Shown piece after piece: positions 1-13,600 of a stretch of DNA of 64,000 nt. The notes under the pieces are model-generated. The model ran no database searches. It was not told where the DNA came from and saw nothing but the letters and a program-made list of their open reading frames with translations. The DNA comes from the human T2T-CHM13v2.0 reference genome, Homo sapiens: assembly GCF_009914755.1 (NCBI RefSeq), contig NC_060946.1; one strand, 5' to 3'. Made by a program: the position numbers and the translations under genes. Numbering within the stretch: position 1 is the first letter of the stretch; each line of letters starts with the position of its first letter.

Positions 1-12
1 ATTTGAAGATAT

Positions 13-29
13 TTCCTTTCTCACCATAG
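13..29. promoter_or_regulatory. pJalpha/A-box-like site of an A-type monomer (example; one per dimer)
   Basis: ttcctttctcaccatag resembles TTCCTTTTYCACCRTAG. Homologous sites (ttcccttttcaccgtag, ttccctttatcaccatgg, ttgctttttcaccgtag) occupy the box position in monomers that lack a CENP-B box. Confidence 0.7.
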
Positions 30-179
30 ACCTGAAAGCTGTCCTAATGTTCACTTCCAGATACTACAGAAAGAGTGTTTCAAAACTGCTGTACGAAAGG
101 GAATGTTCAACTCTGTGACTTGAATGCACACATCACAAAGAAGTTTCTGAGGATGCTGCTGTCTACTTTTTATACGTAA

Positions 180-196
180 TCCCGTTTCCAACGAAA
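180..196 (-). promoter_or_regulatory. CENP-B box (box 1 of the HOR; recurs at this position in each HOR)
   Basis: tcccgtttccaacgaaa is the reverse complement of TTTCGTTGGAAACGGGA, with all 9 core bases of NTTCGNNNNANNCGGGN intact. Confidence 0.96.
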
Positions 197-521
197 TCCT
201 CCAAGCTATCCAAATATCCACTTGCAGATTCCACAGAAAGACTGTTTCAAAACTGCTCTGTCAATAGAAAGGTTCAACTCTGTTAGCTGCGTGCATATAT
301 CCCAAAGAAGATTCTGAGATTGCTTCTGTCTACTTTTTATGAGAAGATATTTCCCTTTTCACCGTAGGCGTCAAGGCGCTCCAAATGTCCACTTCCAGAT
401 ACTACAAAAAGAGTGTTTCAAACCTACTCTGTGAAAGGGAATATTCAACTCTGTGACTTGAATGCACATATCACAAAGAAGCTTCTGAGAATGCTTCTGT
501 CGAGATTTTATATGAAGATAT

Positions 522-538
522 ACCCGTTTCCAACGAAA
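522..538 (-). promoter_or_regulatory. CENP-B box (box 2 of the HOR)
   Basis: acccgtttccaacgaaa; core intact; 342 bp after box 1. Confidence 0.94.
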
Positions 539-863
539 TCCTGAAATCTATCCAAATATCCCCTCGCAGATTCTACAAAAAGAGTGTTTCAAAACTGCTC
601 TGTAAAAAGAAAGGTTCAACTCTGTTAGTTGAGTACACACATCACAAACAAGTTTCACAGAATGCTTCTTTCTAGCTTGTAGGGGAAGATATTCCCTTTA
701 TCACCATGGGCCTCAAACCGTCCGAAACGTCCACTTCCATATACTACAAAAAGAGCGTTTCAAACCTGCTCTAGGAAAGGCAATGTTCAACTCTGTGACT
801 TGAATGCAGACATCACAGAGCAGTTTCTGAGAATGCTTCTGTCTAGATTTTATAGGAAGATAT

Positions 864-880
864 TCCCGTTTCCAACGAAA
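864..880 (-). promoter_or_regulatory. CENP-B box (box 3 of the HOR)
   Basis: tcccgtttccaacgaaa; core intact. Confidence 0.96.
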
Positions 881-1205
881 TCTTCACAGCTATCCAAATA
901 TCCACTTGCAGATTCTACAAAAAGAGTGTATCAAAAGTGCTCTGTCAAAAGGAAGGTTCTTCTCTGTTAGGTGAGTGCATACGTCATAAAGGAGTTTCTG
1001 AGAATGTTTCTGTCTAGTGGTTATGGGAAGATATTTGCTTTTTCACCGTAGGCCTCAGAGCGCTCCAAATATCCACTTGCACATACTACAAAAAGAGTGC
1101 CTCAAAGCTGCTCTCTGAAACGGAATGTTCAACTCTATGAGTTGAATGCAAACATCACAAAGACGTTTCTGAGAATGTTTCTGTCTAGATTTTATATGAA
1201 GATAT

Positions 1206-1222
1206 TCCCGTTTCCAACGAAA
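1206..1222 (-). promoter_or_regulatory. CENP-B box (box 4 of the HOR)
   Basis: tcccgtttccaacgaaa; core intact. Confidence 0.96.
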
Positions 1223-4200
1223 TCTTCAAATCTATCCAAATGTCCACTTGCAGATTCAACAAAAAGTGTTTTTCAGAACTGCTCTATCAAAAGAAAGATC
1301 CACCTCTGTTAGCTGAGTTCACACATCACAAACAAGTTTATGAGAATGCTTCTGTCTAGTTTTTATTTGAAGATATTTCCTTTCTCACCATAGACCTGAA
1401 AGCTGTCCTAATGTTCACTTCCAGATACTACAGAAAGAGTGTTTCAAAACTGCTGTACGAAAGGGAATGTTCATCTCTGTGACTTGAATGCACACATCAC
1501 AAAGAAGTTTCTGAGGATGCTGCTGTCTACTTTTTATACGTAATCCCGTTTCCAACGAAATCCTCCAAGCTATCCAAATATCCACTTGCAGATTCCACAG
1601 AAAGACTGTTTCAAAACTGCTCTGTCAATAGAAAGGTTCAACTCTGTTAGCTGCGTGCATATATCCCAAAGAAGATTCTGAGATTGCTTCTGTCTAGTTT
1701 TTATGGGAAGATATTTCCCTTTTCACCGCAGGCGTCAAGGCGCTCCAAATGTCCACTTCCAGATACTACAAAAAGAGTGTTTCAAACCTACTCTGTGAAA
1801 GGGAATATTCAACTCTGTGACTTGAATGCAGATATCACAAAGAAGTTTCTGAGAATGCTTCTGTCGAGATTTTATATGAAGATATTCCCGTTTCCAATGA
1901 AATCCTGAAATCTATCCAAATATCCCCTCGCAGATTCTACAAAAAGAGTGTTTCAAAACTGCTCTGTAAAAAGAAAGGTTCAACTCTGTTAGTTGAGTAC
2001 ACACATCACAAACAAGTTTCACAGAATGCTTCTTTCTAGCTTGTAGGGGAAGATATTCCCTTTATCACCATGGGCCTCAAGCCGTCCGAAACGTCTACTT
2101 CCATATACTACAAAAAGAGCGTTTCAAACCTGCTCTATGAAAGGCAATGTTCAACTCTGTGACTTGAATGCAGACATCACAGAGCAGTTTCTGAGAATGT
2201 TTCTGTCTAGATTTTATAGGAAGATATTCCCGTTTCCAACGAAATCTTCACAGCTATCCAAATATCCACTTGCAGATTCTACAAAAAGAGTGTATCAAAA
2301 CTGCTCTGTCAAAACGAAGGTTCTTCTCTGTTAGTTGAGTACATACGTCATAAAGGAGTTTCTGAGAATGTTTCTGTCTAGTGGTTATGGGAAGATATTT
2401 GCTTTTTCACCTTAGGCCTCAGAGCGCTCCAAATATCCCCTTGCACATACTACAAAAAGAGTGCTTCAAAGCTGCTCTCTGAAAGGGAATGTTCAACTCT
2501 ATGAGTTGAATGCAAACATCACAAAGACATTTCTGAGAATGCTTCTGTCTAGATTTGATATGAAGATATTACCGTTTCCAAAGAAATCTTCATATCTATC
2601 CAAATGTCCACTTGCAGATTCAACAAAAAGTGTTTTTCAAAACTGCTCTATCAAAAGAAAGATCCACCTCTGTTAGCTGAGTTCACACATCACAAACAAG
2701 TTTATGAGAATGCTTCTGTCTAGTTTTTATTTGAAGATATTTCCTTTCTCACCATAGACCTGAAAGCTGTCCTAATGTTCACTTCCAGATACTACAGAAA
2801 GAGTGTTTCAAAACTGCTGTACGAAAGGGAATGTTCAACTCTGTGACTTGAATGCACACATCACAAAGAAGTTTTTGAGGATGCTGCTGTCTACTTTTTT
2901 TACGTAATCCCGTTTCCAACGAAATCCTCCAAGCTATCCAAATATCCACTTGCAGATTCCACAGAAAGACTGTTTCAAAACTACTCTGTCAATAGAAAGT
3001 TTCAACTCTGTTAGCTGCGTGCATATATCCCAAAGAAGATTCTGAGATTGCTTCTGTCTAGTTTTTATGGGAAGATATTTCCCTTTTCACCGTAGGCGTC
3101 AAGGCGCTCCAAATGTCCACTTCCAGATACTACAAAAAGAGTGTTTCAAACCTACTCTGTGAAAGGGAATATTCAACTCTGTGACTTGAATGCAGATATC
3201 ACAAAGAAGTTTCTGAGAATGCTTCTGTCGAGATTTTATATGAAGATATTCCCGTTTCCAATGAAATCCTGAAATCTATCCAAATATCCCCTCGCAGATT
3301 CTACAAAAAGAGTGTTTCAAAACTGCTCTGTAAAAAGAAAGGTTCAACTCTGTTAGTTGAGTACACACATCACAAACAAGTTTCACAGAATGCTTCTTTC
3401 TAGCTTGCAGGGGAAGATATTCCCTTTATCACCATGGGCCTCAAGCCGTCCGAAACGTCTACTTCCATATACTACAAAAAGAGCGTTTCAAACCTGCTCT
3501 ATGAAAGGCAATGTTCAACTCTGTGACTTGAATGCAGACATCACAGATCAGTTTCTGAGAATGCTTCTGTCTAGATTTTATAGGAAGATATTCCCGTTTC
3601 CAACGAAATCTTCACAGCTATCCAAATATGCACTTGCAGATTCTACAAAAAGAGTGTATCAAAACTGCTCTGTCAAAAAGAAGGTTCTTCTCTGTTAGTT
3701 GAGTACATACGTCATAAAGGAGTTTCTGAGAATGTTTCTGTCTAGTGGTTATGGGAAGATATTTGCTTTTTCACCTTAGGCCTCAGAGCGCTCCAAATAT
3801 CCCCTTGCACATACTACAAAAAGAGTGCTTCAAAGCTGCTCTCTGAAAGGGAATGTTCAACTCTATGAGTTGAATGCAAACATCACAAAGACGTTTCTGA
3901 GAATGCTTCTGTCTAGATTTGATATGAAGATATTCCCGTTTCCAACGAAATCTTCATATCTATCCAAATGTCCACTTGCAGATTCAACAAAAAGTGTTTT
4001 TCAAAACTGCTGTATCAAAAGAAAGATCCACGTCTGTTAGCTGAGTTCACACATCACAAACAAGTTTATGAGAATGCTTCTGTCTAGTTTTTATTTGAAG
4101 ATATTTCCTTTCTCACCATAGACCTGAAAGCTGTCCTAATGTTCACTTCCAGATACTACAGAAAGAGTGTTTCAAAACTGCTGTACGAAAGGGAATGTTC

Positions 4201-6479
4201 AACTCTGTGACTTGAATGCACACATCACAAAGAAGTTTCTGAGGATGCTGCTGTCTACTTTTTATACGTAATCCCGTTTCCAACGAAATCCTCCAAGCTA
4301 TCCAAATATCCACTTGCAGATTCCACAGAAAGACTGTTTCAAAACTGCTCTGTCAATAGAAAGGTTCAACTCTGTTAGCTGCGTGCATATATCCCAAAGA
4401 AGATTCTGAGATTGCTTCTGTCTACTTTTTATGAGAAGATATTTTCCTTTTCACCGTAGGCGTCAGGGCGCTCCAAATGTCCACTTCCAGATACTACAAA
4501 AAGAGTGTTTCAAACCTACTCTGTGAAAGGGAATATTCAACTCTGTGACTTGAATGCACATATCACAAAGAAGTTTCTGAGAATGCTTCTGTCGAGATTT
4601 TCTATGAAGATATTCCCGTTTCCAACGAAATCCTGAAATCTATCCAAATATCCCCTCGCAGATTCTACAAAAAGAGTGTTTCAAAACTGCTCTGTAAAAA
4701 GAAAGGTTCAACTCTGTTAGTTGAGTACACACATCACAAACAAGTTTCACAGAATGCTTCTTTCTAGCTTGTAGGGGAAGATATTCCCTTTATCACCATG
4801 GGCCTCAAACCGTCCGAAACGTCCACTTCCATATACTACAAAAAGAGCGTTTCAAACCTGCTCTATGAAAGGCAATGTTCAACTCTGTGACTTGAATGCA
4901 GACATCACAGAGCAGTTTCTGAGAATGCTTGTGTCTAGATTTTATAGGAAGATATTCCCGTTTCCAACGAAATCTTCACAGCTATCCAAATATGCACTTG
5001 CAGATTCTACAAAAAGAGTGTATCAAAACTGCTCTGTCAAAAGGAAGGTTCTTCTCTGTTAGTTGAGTACATACGTCATAAAGGAGTTTCTGAGAATGTT
5101 TCTGTCTAGTGGTTATGGGAAGATATTTGCTTTTTCACCTTAGGCCTCAGAGCGCTCCAAATGTCCACTTGCACATACTACAAAAAGAGTGCTTCAAAGC
5201 TGCTCTCTGAAAGGGAATGTTCAACTCTATGAGTTGAATGCAAACATCACAAGACGTTTCTGAGAATGCTTCTGTCTAGATTTGATATGAAGATATTCCC
5301 GTTTCCAAGGAAATCTTCAAATCTATCCAAATGTCCACTTGCAGATTCAACAAAAAGTGTTTTTCAAAACTGCTGTATCAAAAGAAAGATCCACGTCTGT
5401 TAGCTGAGTTCACACATCACAAACAAGTTTATGAGAATGCTTCTGTGTAGTTTTTATTTGAAGATATTTCCTTTCTCACCATAGACCTGAATGCTGTCCT
5501 AATGTTCACTTCCAGACACTACAGAAAGAGTTTTTCAAAACTGCTGTACGAAAGGGAATGTTCAACTCTGTGACTTGAATGCACACATCACAAAGAAGTT
5601 TCTGAGGATGCTGCTGTCTACTTTTCATAGGTAATCCCGTTTCCAACGAAATCCTCCAAGCTATCCAAATATCCACTTGCAGATTCCACAGAAAGACTGT
5701 TACAAAACTGCTCTGTCAATAGAAAGGTTCAACTCTGTTAGCTGCGTGCATATATCCCAAAGAAGATTCTGAGATTGCTTCTGTCTATTTTTTATGGGAA
5801 GATATTTCCCTTTTCACCGTAGGTGTCAAGGAGCTACAAATGTCCACTTCCAGATACTACAAAAAGAGTGTTTCAAACCTACTCTGTGAAAGGGAATATT
5901 CAACTCTGTGACTTGAGTGCAGATATCACAAAGAAGTTTCAGAGAATGCTTCTGTCGAGATTTTCTATGAAGATATTCCCGTTTCCAACGAAATCCTGAA
6001 ATCTATCCAAATATCCCCTCGCAGATTCTACAAAAAGAGTGTTTCAAAACTGCTCTGTAAAAAGAAAGGTTCCACTCCGTTAGTTGAGTACACACATCAC
6101 AAACAAGTTTCACAGAATGCTTCTTTCTAGCTTGTAGGGGAAGATATTCCCTTTATCACCATGAGCCTCAAACCGTCCGAAACGTCCACTTCCATATACT
6201 ACAAAAAGAGCGTTTCAAACCTGCTCTATGAAAGGCAATGTTCAACTCTGTGACTTGAATGCAGACATCACAGAGCAGTTTCTGAGAATGCTTCTGTCTA
6301 GATTTTATAGGAAGATATTCCCGTTTCCAACGAAATCTTCACAGCTATCCAAATATCCACTTGCAGATTCTACAAAAAGAGTGTATCAAAACTGCTCTGT
6401 CAAAAGGAAGGTTCTTCTCTGTTAGGTGAGTGCATACGTCATAAAGGAGTTTCTGAGAATGTTTCTGTCTAGTGGTTAT

Positions 6480-9400
6480 GGGAAGATATTTGCTTTTTCA
6501 CCTTAGGCCTCAGAGTGCTCCAAATATCCTTTTGCACATACTACAAAAAGAGTGTTTCAAAGCTGCTCTCTGAAACGGAATGTTCAAATCTATGAGTTGA
6601 ATGCAAACATCACAAAGACGTATCTGGGAATGCTTCTGTCTAGATTTGATATGAAGATATTCCCGTTTCCAACGAAATCTTCAAATCTATCCAAATGTCC
6701 ACTTGCAGATTCAACAAAAAGTGTTTTTCCGAACTGCTCTATCAAAAGAAAGATCCACATCTGTTAGCTGAGTTCACACATCACAAACAAGTTTATGAGA
6801 ATGCTTCTGTCTAGTTTTTATTTGAAGATATTTCCTTTCTCACCATAGACCTGAAAGCTGTCCTAATGTTCACTTCCAGATACTACAGAAAGAGTGTTTC
6901 AAAACTGCTGTACGAAAGGGAATGTTCAACTCTGTGACTTGAATGCACACATCACAAAGAAGTTTCTGAGGATGCTGCTGTCTACTTTTTATACGTAATC
7001 CCGTTTCCAACGAAATCCTCCAAGCTATCCAAATATCCACTTGCAGATTCCACAGAAAGACTGTTTCAAAACTGCTCTGTCAATAGAAAGGTTCAACTCT
7101 GTTAGCTGCGTGCATATATCCCAAAGAAGATTCTGAGATTGCTTCTGTCTAGTTTTTATGGGAAGATATTTCCCTTTTCACCGTAGGTGTCAATGTGCTC
7201 CAAATGTCCACTTCCAGACACTACAAAAAGAGTGTTTCAAACCTACTCTGTGAAAGGGAATATTCAACTCTGTGACTTGAATGCAGATAACACAAAGAAG
7301 TTTCTGAGAATGCTTCTGTCGAGATTTTATATGAAGATATTCCAGTTTCCAACGAAATCCTGAAATCTATGCAAATATCCCCTCGCAGATTCTACAAAAA
7401 GAGTGTTTCAAAACTGCTCTGTAAAAAGAAAGGTTCAACTCTGTTAGTTGAGTACACACATCACAAACAAGTTTCACAGAATGCTTCTTTCTAGCTTGTA
7501 GGGGAAGATATTCCCTTTATCACCATGGGCCTCAAACCGTCCGAAACGTCCACTTCCATATACTACAAAAAGAGCGTTTCAAACCTGCTCTAGGAAAGGC
7601 AATGTTCAACTCTGTGACTTGAATGCAGACATCACAGAGCAGTTTCTGAGAATGCTTCTGTCTAGATTTTATAGGAAGATATTCCCGTTTCCAACGAAAT
7701 CTTCACAGCTATCCAAATATCCACTTGCAGATTCTACAAAAAGAGTGTATCAAAACTGCTCTGTGAAAAGGAAGGTTCTTCTCTGTTAGGTGAGTGCATA
7801 CGTCATAAAGGAGTTTCTGAGAATGTTTCTGTCTAGTGGTTATGGGAAGATATTTGCTTTTTCACCTTAGGCCTCAGAGCGCTCCAAATATCCACTTGCA
7901 CATACTACAAAAAGAGTGCTTCAAAGCTGCTCTCTGAAACGGAATGTTCAACTCTATGAGTTGAATGCAAACATCACAAAGACGTTTCTGGGAATGCTTC
8001 TGTCTAGATTTGATATGAAGATATTCCCGTTTCCAACGAAATCTTCAAATCTATCCAAATGTCCACTTGCAGATTCAACAAAAAGTGTTTTTCAGAACTG
8101 CTCTATCAAAAGAAAGATCCACCTCTGTTAGCTGAGTTCACACATCACAAACAAGTTTATGAGAATGCTTCTGTCTAGTTTTTATTTGAAGATATTTCCT
8201 TTCTCACCATAGACCTGAAAGCTGTCCTAATGTTCACTTCCAGATACTACAGAAAGAGTGTTTCAAAACTGCTGTACGAAAGGGAATGTTCAACTCTGTG
8301 ACTTGAATGCACACATCACAAAGAAGTTTCTGAGGATGCTGCTGTCTACTTTTTATACGTAATCCCGTTTCCAACGAAATCCTCCAAGCTATCCAAATAT
8401 CCACTTGCAGATTCCACAGAAAGACTGTTTCAAAACTGCTCTGTCAATAGAAAGGTTCAACTCTGTTAGCTGCGTGCAGATATCCCAAAGAAGATTCTGA
8501 GATTGCTTCTGTCTAGTTTTTATGGGAAGATATTTCCCTTTTCACCGTAGGTGTCAATGTGCTCCAAATGTCCACTTCCAGACACTACAAAAAGAGTGTT
8601 TCAAACCTACTCTGTGAAAGGGAATATTCAACTCTGTGACTTGAATGCAGATATCACAAAGAAGTTTCTGAGAATGCTTCTGTCGAGATTTTATATGAAG
8701 ATATTCCCGTTTCCAACGAAATCCTGAAATCTATCCAAATATCCCCTCGCAGATTCTACAAAAAGAGTGTTTCAAAACTGCTCTGTAAAAAGAAAGGTTC
8801 AACTCTGTTAGTTGAGTACACACATCACAAACAAGTTTCACAGAATGCTTCTTTCTAGCTTGTAGGGGAAGATATTCCCTTTATCACCATGGGCCTCAAA
8901 CCGTCCGAAACGTCCACTTCCATATACTACAAAAAGAGCGTTTCAAACCTGCTCTATGAAAGGCAATGTTCAACTCTATGACTTGAATGCAGACATCACA
9001 GAGCAGTTTCTGAGAATGCTTCTGTCTAGATTTTGTAGGAAGATATTCCCGATTCCAACGAAATCTTCACAGCTATCCAAATATCCACTTGCAGATTCTA
9101 CAAAAAGAGTGTATCAAAACTGCTCTGTCAAAAGGAAGGTTCTTCTCTGTTAGGTGAGTGCATACGTCATAAAGGAGTTTCTGAGAATGTTTCTGTCTAG
9201 TGGTTATGGGAAGATATTTGCTTTTTCACCGTAGGCCTCAGAGCGCTCCAAATATCCACTTGAACATACTACAAAAAGAGTGCTTCAAAGCTGCTCTCTG
9301 AAACGGAATGTTCAACTCTATGAGTTGAATGCAACCATCACAAAGACGTTTCTGAGAATGCTTCTGTCTAGATTTGATATGAAGGTATTCCCGTTTCCAA

Positions 9401-12400
9401 CGAAATCTTCAAATCTATCCAAATGTCCACTTGCAGATTCAACAAAAAGTGTTTTTCAGAACTGCTCTATGAAAAGAAAGATCCACCACTGTTAGCTGAG
9501 TTCACACATCACAAACAAGTTTATGAGAATGCTTCTGTCTAGTTTTTATTTGAAGATATTTCCTTTCTCACCATAGACCTGAAAGCTGTCCTAATGTTCA
9601 CTTCCAGATACTACAGAAAGAGTGTTTCAAAACTGCTGTACGAAAGGGAATGTTCAACTCTGTGACTTGAATGCACACATCACAAAGAAGTTTCTGAGGA
9701 TGCTGCTGTCTACTTTTTATACGTAATCCCGTTTCCAACGAAATCCTCCAAGCTATCCAAATATCCACTTGCAGATTCCACAGAAAGACTGTTTCAAAAC
9801 TGCTCTGTCAATAGAATGGTACAACTCTGTTAGCTGCGTGCATATATCCCAAAGAAGATTCTGAGATTGCTTCTGTCTAGTTTTTATGGGAAGATATTTC
9901 CCTTTTCATCGTAGGTGTCAAGGCGCTCGAAATGTCCACTTCCAGATACAACAAAAAGAGTGTTTCAAACCTACTCTGTGAAAGGGAATATTCAACACTG
10001 TGACTTGAATGCACATATCACAAAGAAGTTTCTGAGAATGCTTCTGTCGAGATTTTATATGAAGATATTCCCGTTTCCAACGAAATCCTGAAATCTATCC
10101 AAATATCCCCTCGCAGATTCTACAAAAAGAATGTTTCAAAACTGCTCTGTAAAAAGAAAGGTTCAACTCTGTTAGTTGAGTACACACATCACAAACAAGT
10201 TTCACAGAATGCTTCTTTCTAGCTTGTAGGGGAAGATATTCCCTTTATCACCATGGGCCTCAAACCGTCCGAAACGTCCACTTCCATATACTACAAAAAG
10301 AGCGTTTCAAACCTGCTCTAGGAAAGGCAATGTTCAACTCTGTGACTTGAATGCAGACATCACAGAGCAGTTTCTGAGAATGCTTCTGTCTAGATTTTAT
10401 AGGAAGATATTCCCGTTTCCAACGAAATCTTCACAGCTATCCAAATATCCACTTGCAGATTCTACAAAAAGAGTGTATCAAAACTGCTCTGTCAAAAGGA
10501 AGGTTCTTCTCTGTTAGGTGAGTGCATACGTCATAAAGGAGTTTCTGAGAATGTTTCTGTCTAGTGTTTATGGGAAGATATTTGCTTTTTCACCTTAGGC
10601 CTCAGAGTGCTCCAAATATTCTCTTGCACATACTACAAAAAGAGTGCTTCAAAGCTGCTCTCTGAAACGGAATGTTCAACTCTATGAGTTGAATGCAAAC
10701 ATCACAAAGACGTTTCTGGGAATGCTTCTGTCTAGATTTGATATGAAGATATTCCCGTTTCCAACGAAATCTTCAAATCTATCCAAATGTCCACTTGCAG
10801 ATTCAACAAAAAGTGTTTTTCAGAACTGCTCTATGAAAAGAAAGATCCACCTCTGTTAGCTGAGTTCACACATCACAAACAAGTTTATGAGAATGCTTCT
10901 GTCTAGTTTTTATTTGAAGATATTTCCTTTCTCACCATAGACCTGAAAGCTGTCCTAATGTTCACTTCCAGATACTACAGAAAGAGTGTTTCAAAACTGC
11001 TGTACGAAAGGGAATGTTGAACTCTGTGACTTGAATGCACACATCACAAAGAAGTTTCTGAGGATGCTGCTGTCTACTTTTTATACGTAATACCGTTTCC
11101 AACGAAATCCTCCAAGCTATCCAAATATCCACTTGCAGATTCCTCAGAAAGACTGTTTCAAAACTGCTCTGTCAATAGAAAGGTTCAACTCTGTTAGCTG
11201 CGTGCATATATCCCAAAGAAGATTCTGAGATTGCTTCTGTCTAGTTTTTATGGGAAGATATTTCCCTTTTCACCGTAGGTGTCAATGTGCTCCAAATTTC
11301 CACTTCCAGACACTACAAAAAGAGTGTTTCAAACCTACTCTGTGAAAGGGAATATTCAACTCTGTGACTTGAATGCAGATATCACAAAGAAGTTTCTGAG
11401 AATGCTTCTGTCGAGATTTTATATGAAGATATTCCAGTTTCCAACGAAATCCTGAAATCTATGCAAATATCCCCTCGCAGATTCTACAAAAAGAGTGTTT
11501 CAAAACTGCTCTGTAAAAAGAAAGGTTCAACTCTGTTAGTTGAGTACACACATCACAAACAAGTTTCACAGAATGCTTCTTTCTAGCTTGTAGGGGAAGA
11601 TATTCCCTTTATCACCATGGGCCTCAAACCGTCCGAAACGTCCACTTCCATATAGTACAAAAAGAGCGTTTCAAACCTGCTCTAGGAAAGGTAATGTTCA
11701 ACTCTGTGACTTGAATGCAGACATCACAGATCAGTTTCTGAGAATGCTTCTGTCTAGATTTTATAGGAAGATATTCCCGTTTCCAACGAAATCTTCACAG
11801 CTATCCAAATATCCACTTGCAGATTCTACAAAAAGAGTGTATCAAAACTGCTCTGTCAAAAGGAAGGTTCTTCTCTGTTAGGTGAGTGCATACGTCATAA
11901 AGGAGTTTCTGAGAATGTTTCTGTCTAGTGGTTATGGGAAGATATTTGCTTTTTCACCTTAGGCCTCAGAGTGCTCCAAATATCCCCTTGCACATACTAC
12001 AAAAAGAGTGCTTCAAAGCTGCTCTCTGAAACGGAATGTTCAACTCTATGAGTTGAATGCAAACATCACAAAGACGTTTCTGGGAATGCTTCTGTCTAGA
12101 TTTGATATGAAGATATTCCCGTTTCCAACGAAATCTTCAAATCTATCCAAATGTCCACTTGCAGATTCAACAAAAAGTGTTTTTCAGAACTGCTCTATCA
12201 AAAGAAAGATCCACCTCTGTTAGCTGAGTTCACACATCACAAACAAGTTTATGAGAATGCTTCTGTCTAGTTTTTATTTGAAGATATTTCCTTTCTCACC
12301 ATAGACCTGAAAGCTGTCCTAATGTTCACTTCCAGATACTACAGAAAGAGTGTTTCAAAACTGCTGTACGAAAGGGAATGTTCAACTCTGTGACTTGAAT

Positions 12401-13600
12401 GTACACATCACAAAGAAGTTTCTGAGGATGCTGCTGTCTACTTTTTATACGTAATCCCGTTTCCAACGAAATCCTCCAAGCTATCCAAATATCCACTTGC
12501 AGATTCCACAGAAAGACTGTTTCAAAACTGCTCTGTCAATAGAAAGGTTCAACTCTGTTAGCTGCGTGCATATATCCCAAAGAAGATTCTGAGATTGCTT
12601 CTGTCTAGTTTTTATGGGAAGATATTTCCCTTTTCACCGTAGGTGTCAATGTGCTCCAAATGTCCACTTCCAGACACTACAAAAAGAGTGTTTCAAACCT
12701 ACTCTGTGAAAGGGAATATTCAACTCTGTGACTTGAATGCAGATATCACAAAGAAGTTTCTGAGAATGCTTCTGTCGAGATTTTATATGAAGATATTCCC
12801 GTTTCCAACGAAATCCTGAAATCTATCCAAATATCCCCTCGCAGATTCTACAAAAAGAGTGTTTCAAAACTGCTCTGTAAAAAGAAAGGTTCAACTCTGT
12901 TAGTTGAGTACACACATCACAAACAAGTTTCACAGAATGCTTCTTTCTAGCTTGTAGGGGAACATATTCCCTTTATCACCATGGGCCTCAAACCGTCCGA
13001 AACGTCCACTTCCATATACTACGAAAAGAGCGTTTCAAACCTGCTCTATGAAAGGCAATGTTCAACTCTATGACTTGAATGCAGACATCACAGAGCAGTT
13101 TCTGAGAATGCTTCTGTCTAGATTTTGTAGGAAGATATTCCCGATTCCAACGAAATCTTCACAGCTATCCAAATATCCACTTGCAGATTCTACAAAAAGA
13201 GTCTATCAAAACTGCTCTGTCAAAAGGAAGGTTCTTCTCTGTTAGGTGAGTGCATACGTCATAAAGGAGTTTCTGAGAATGTTTCTGTCTAGTGGTTATG
13301 GGAAGATATTTGCTTTTTCACCGTAGGCCTCAGAGCGCTCCAAATATCCACTTGAACATACTACAAAAAGAGTGCTTCAAAGCTGCTCTCTGAAACGGAA
13401 TGTTCAACTCTATGAGTTGAATGCAACCATCACAAAGACGTTTCTGAGAATGCTTCTGTCTAGATTTGATATGAAGGTATTCCCGTTTCCAACGAAATCT
13501 TCAAATCTATCCAAATGTCCACTTGCAGATTCAACAAAAAGTGTTTTTCAGAACTGCTCTATCAAAAGAAAGATCCACCTCTGTTAGCTGAGTTCACACA
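6480..13600. repeat. Local duplication with 4092-bp (3 HOR, 24-mer) offset
   Basis: Private variants recur 4092 bp apart: ttccagtttcc and ctatgcaaat (~7341/~11433); ctctatgacttg, ttttgtagg and cccgattcc (ORFs at 8956/13048 are identical); ttgaacata, gcaaccatc and gaaggtattc (9280/13372). Confidence 0.85.

Larger units (their letters stand above)
1..1364 (-). repeat. First canonical 8-mer HOR copy (phase set arbitrarily at the window start)
   Basis: atttgaagatatttcctttctcaccatagacc occurs at 1 and again at 1365. CENP-B boxes are spaced 342, 342, 342 and 338 bp, summing to 1364, so the unit is four dimers with one 167-bp monomer (tatacgtaatcccg in place of tatatgaagatattcccg). Confidence 0.96.

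Noticed and set aside
160-196. Short 167-bp monomer as a local anomaly
   Set aside because: It is present in every HOR copy, so it is a fixed part of the unit rather than a local event.
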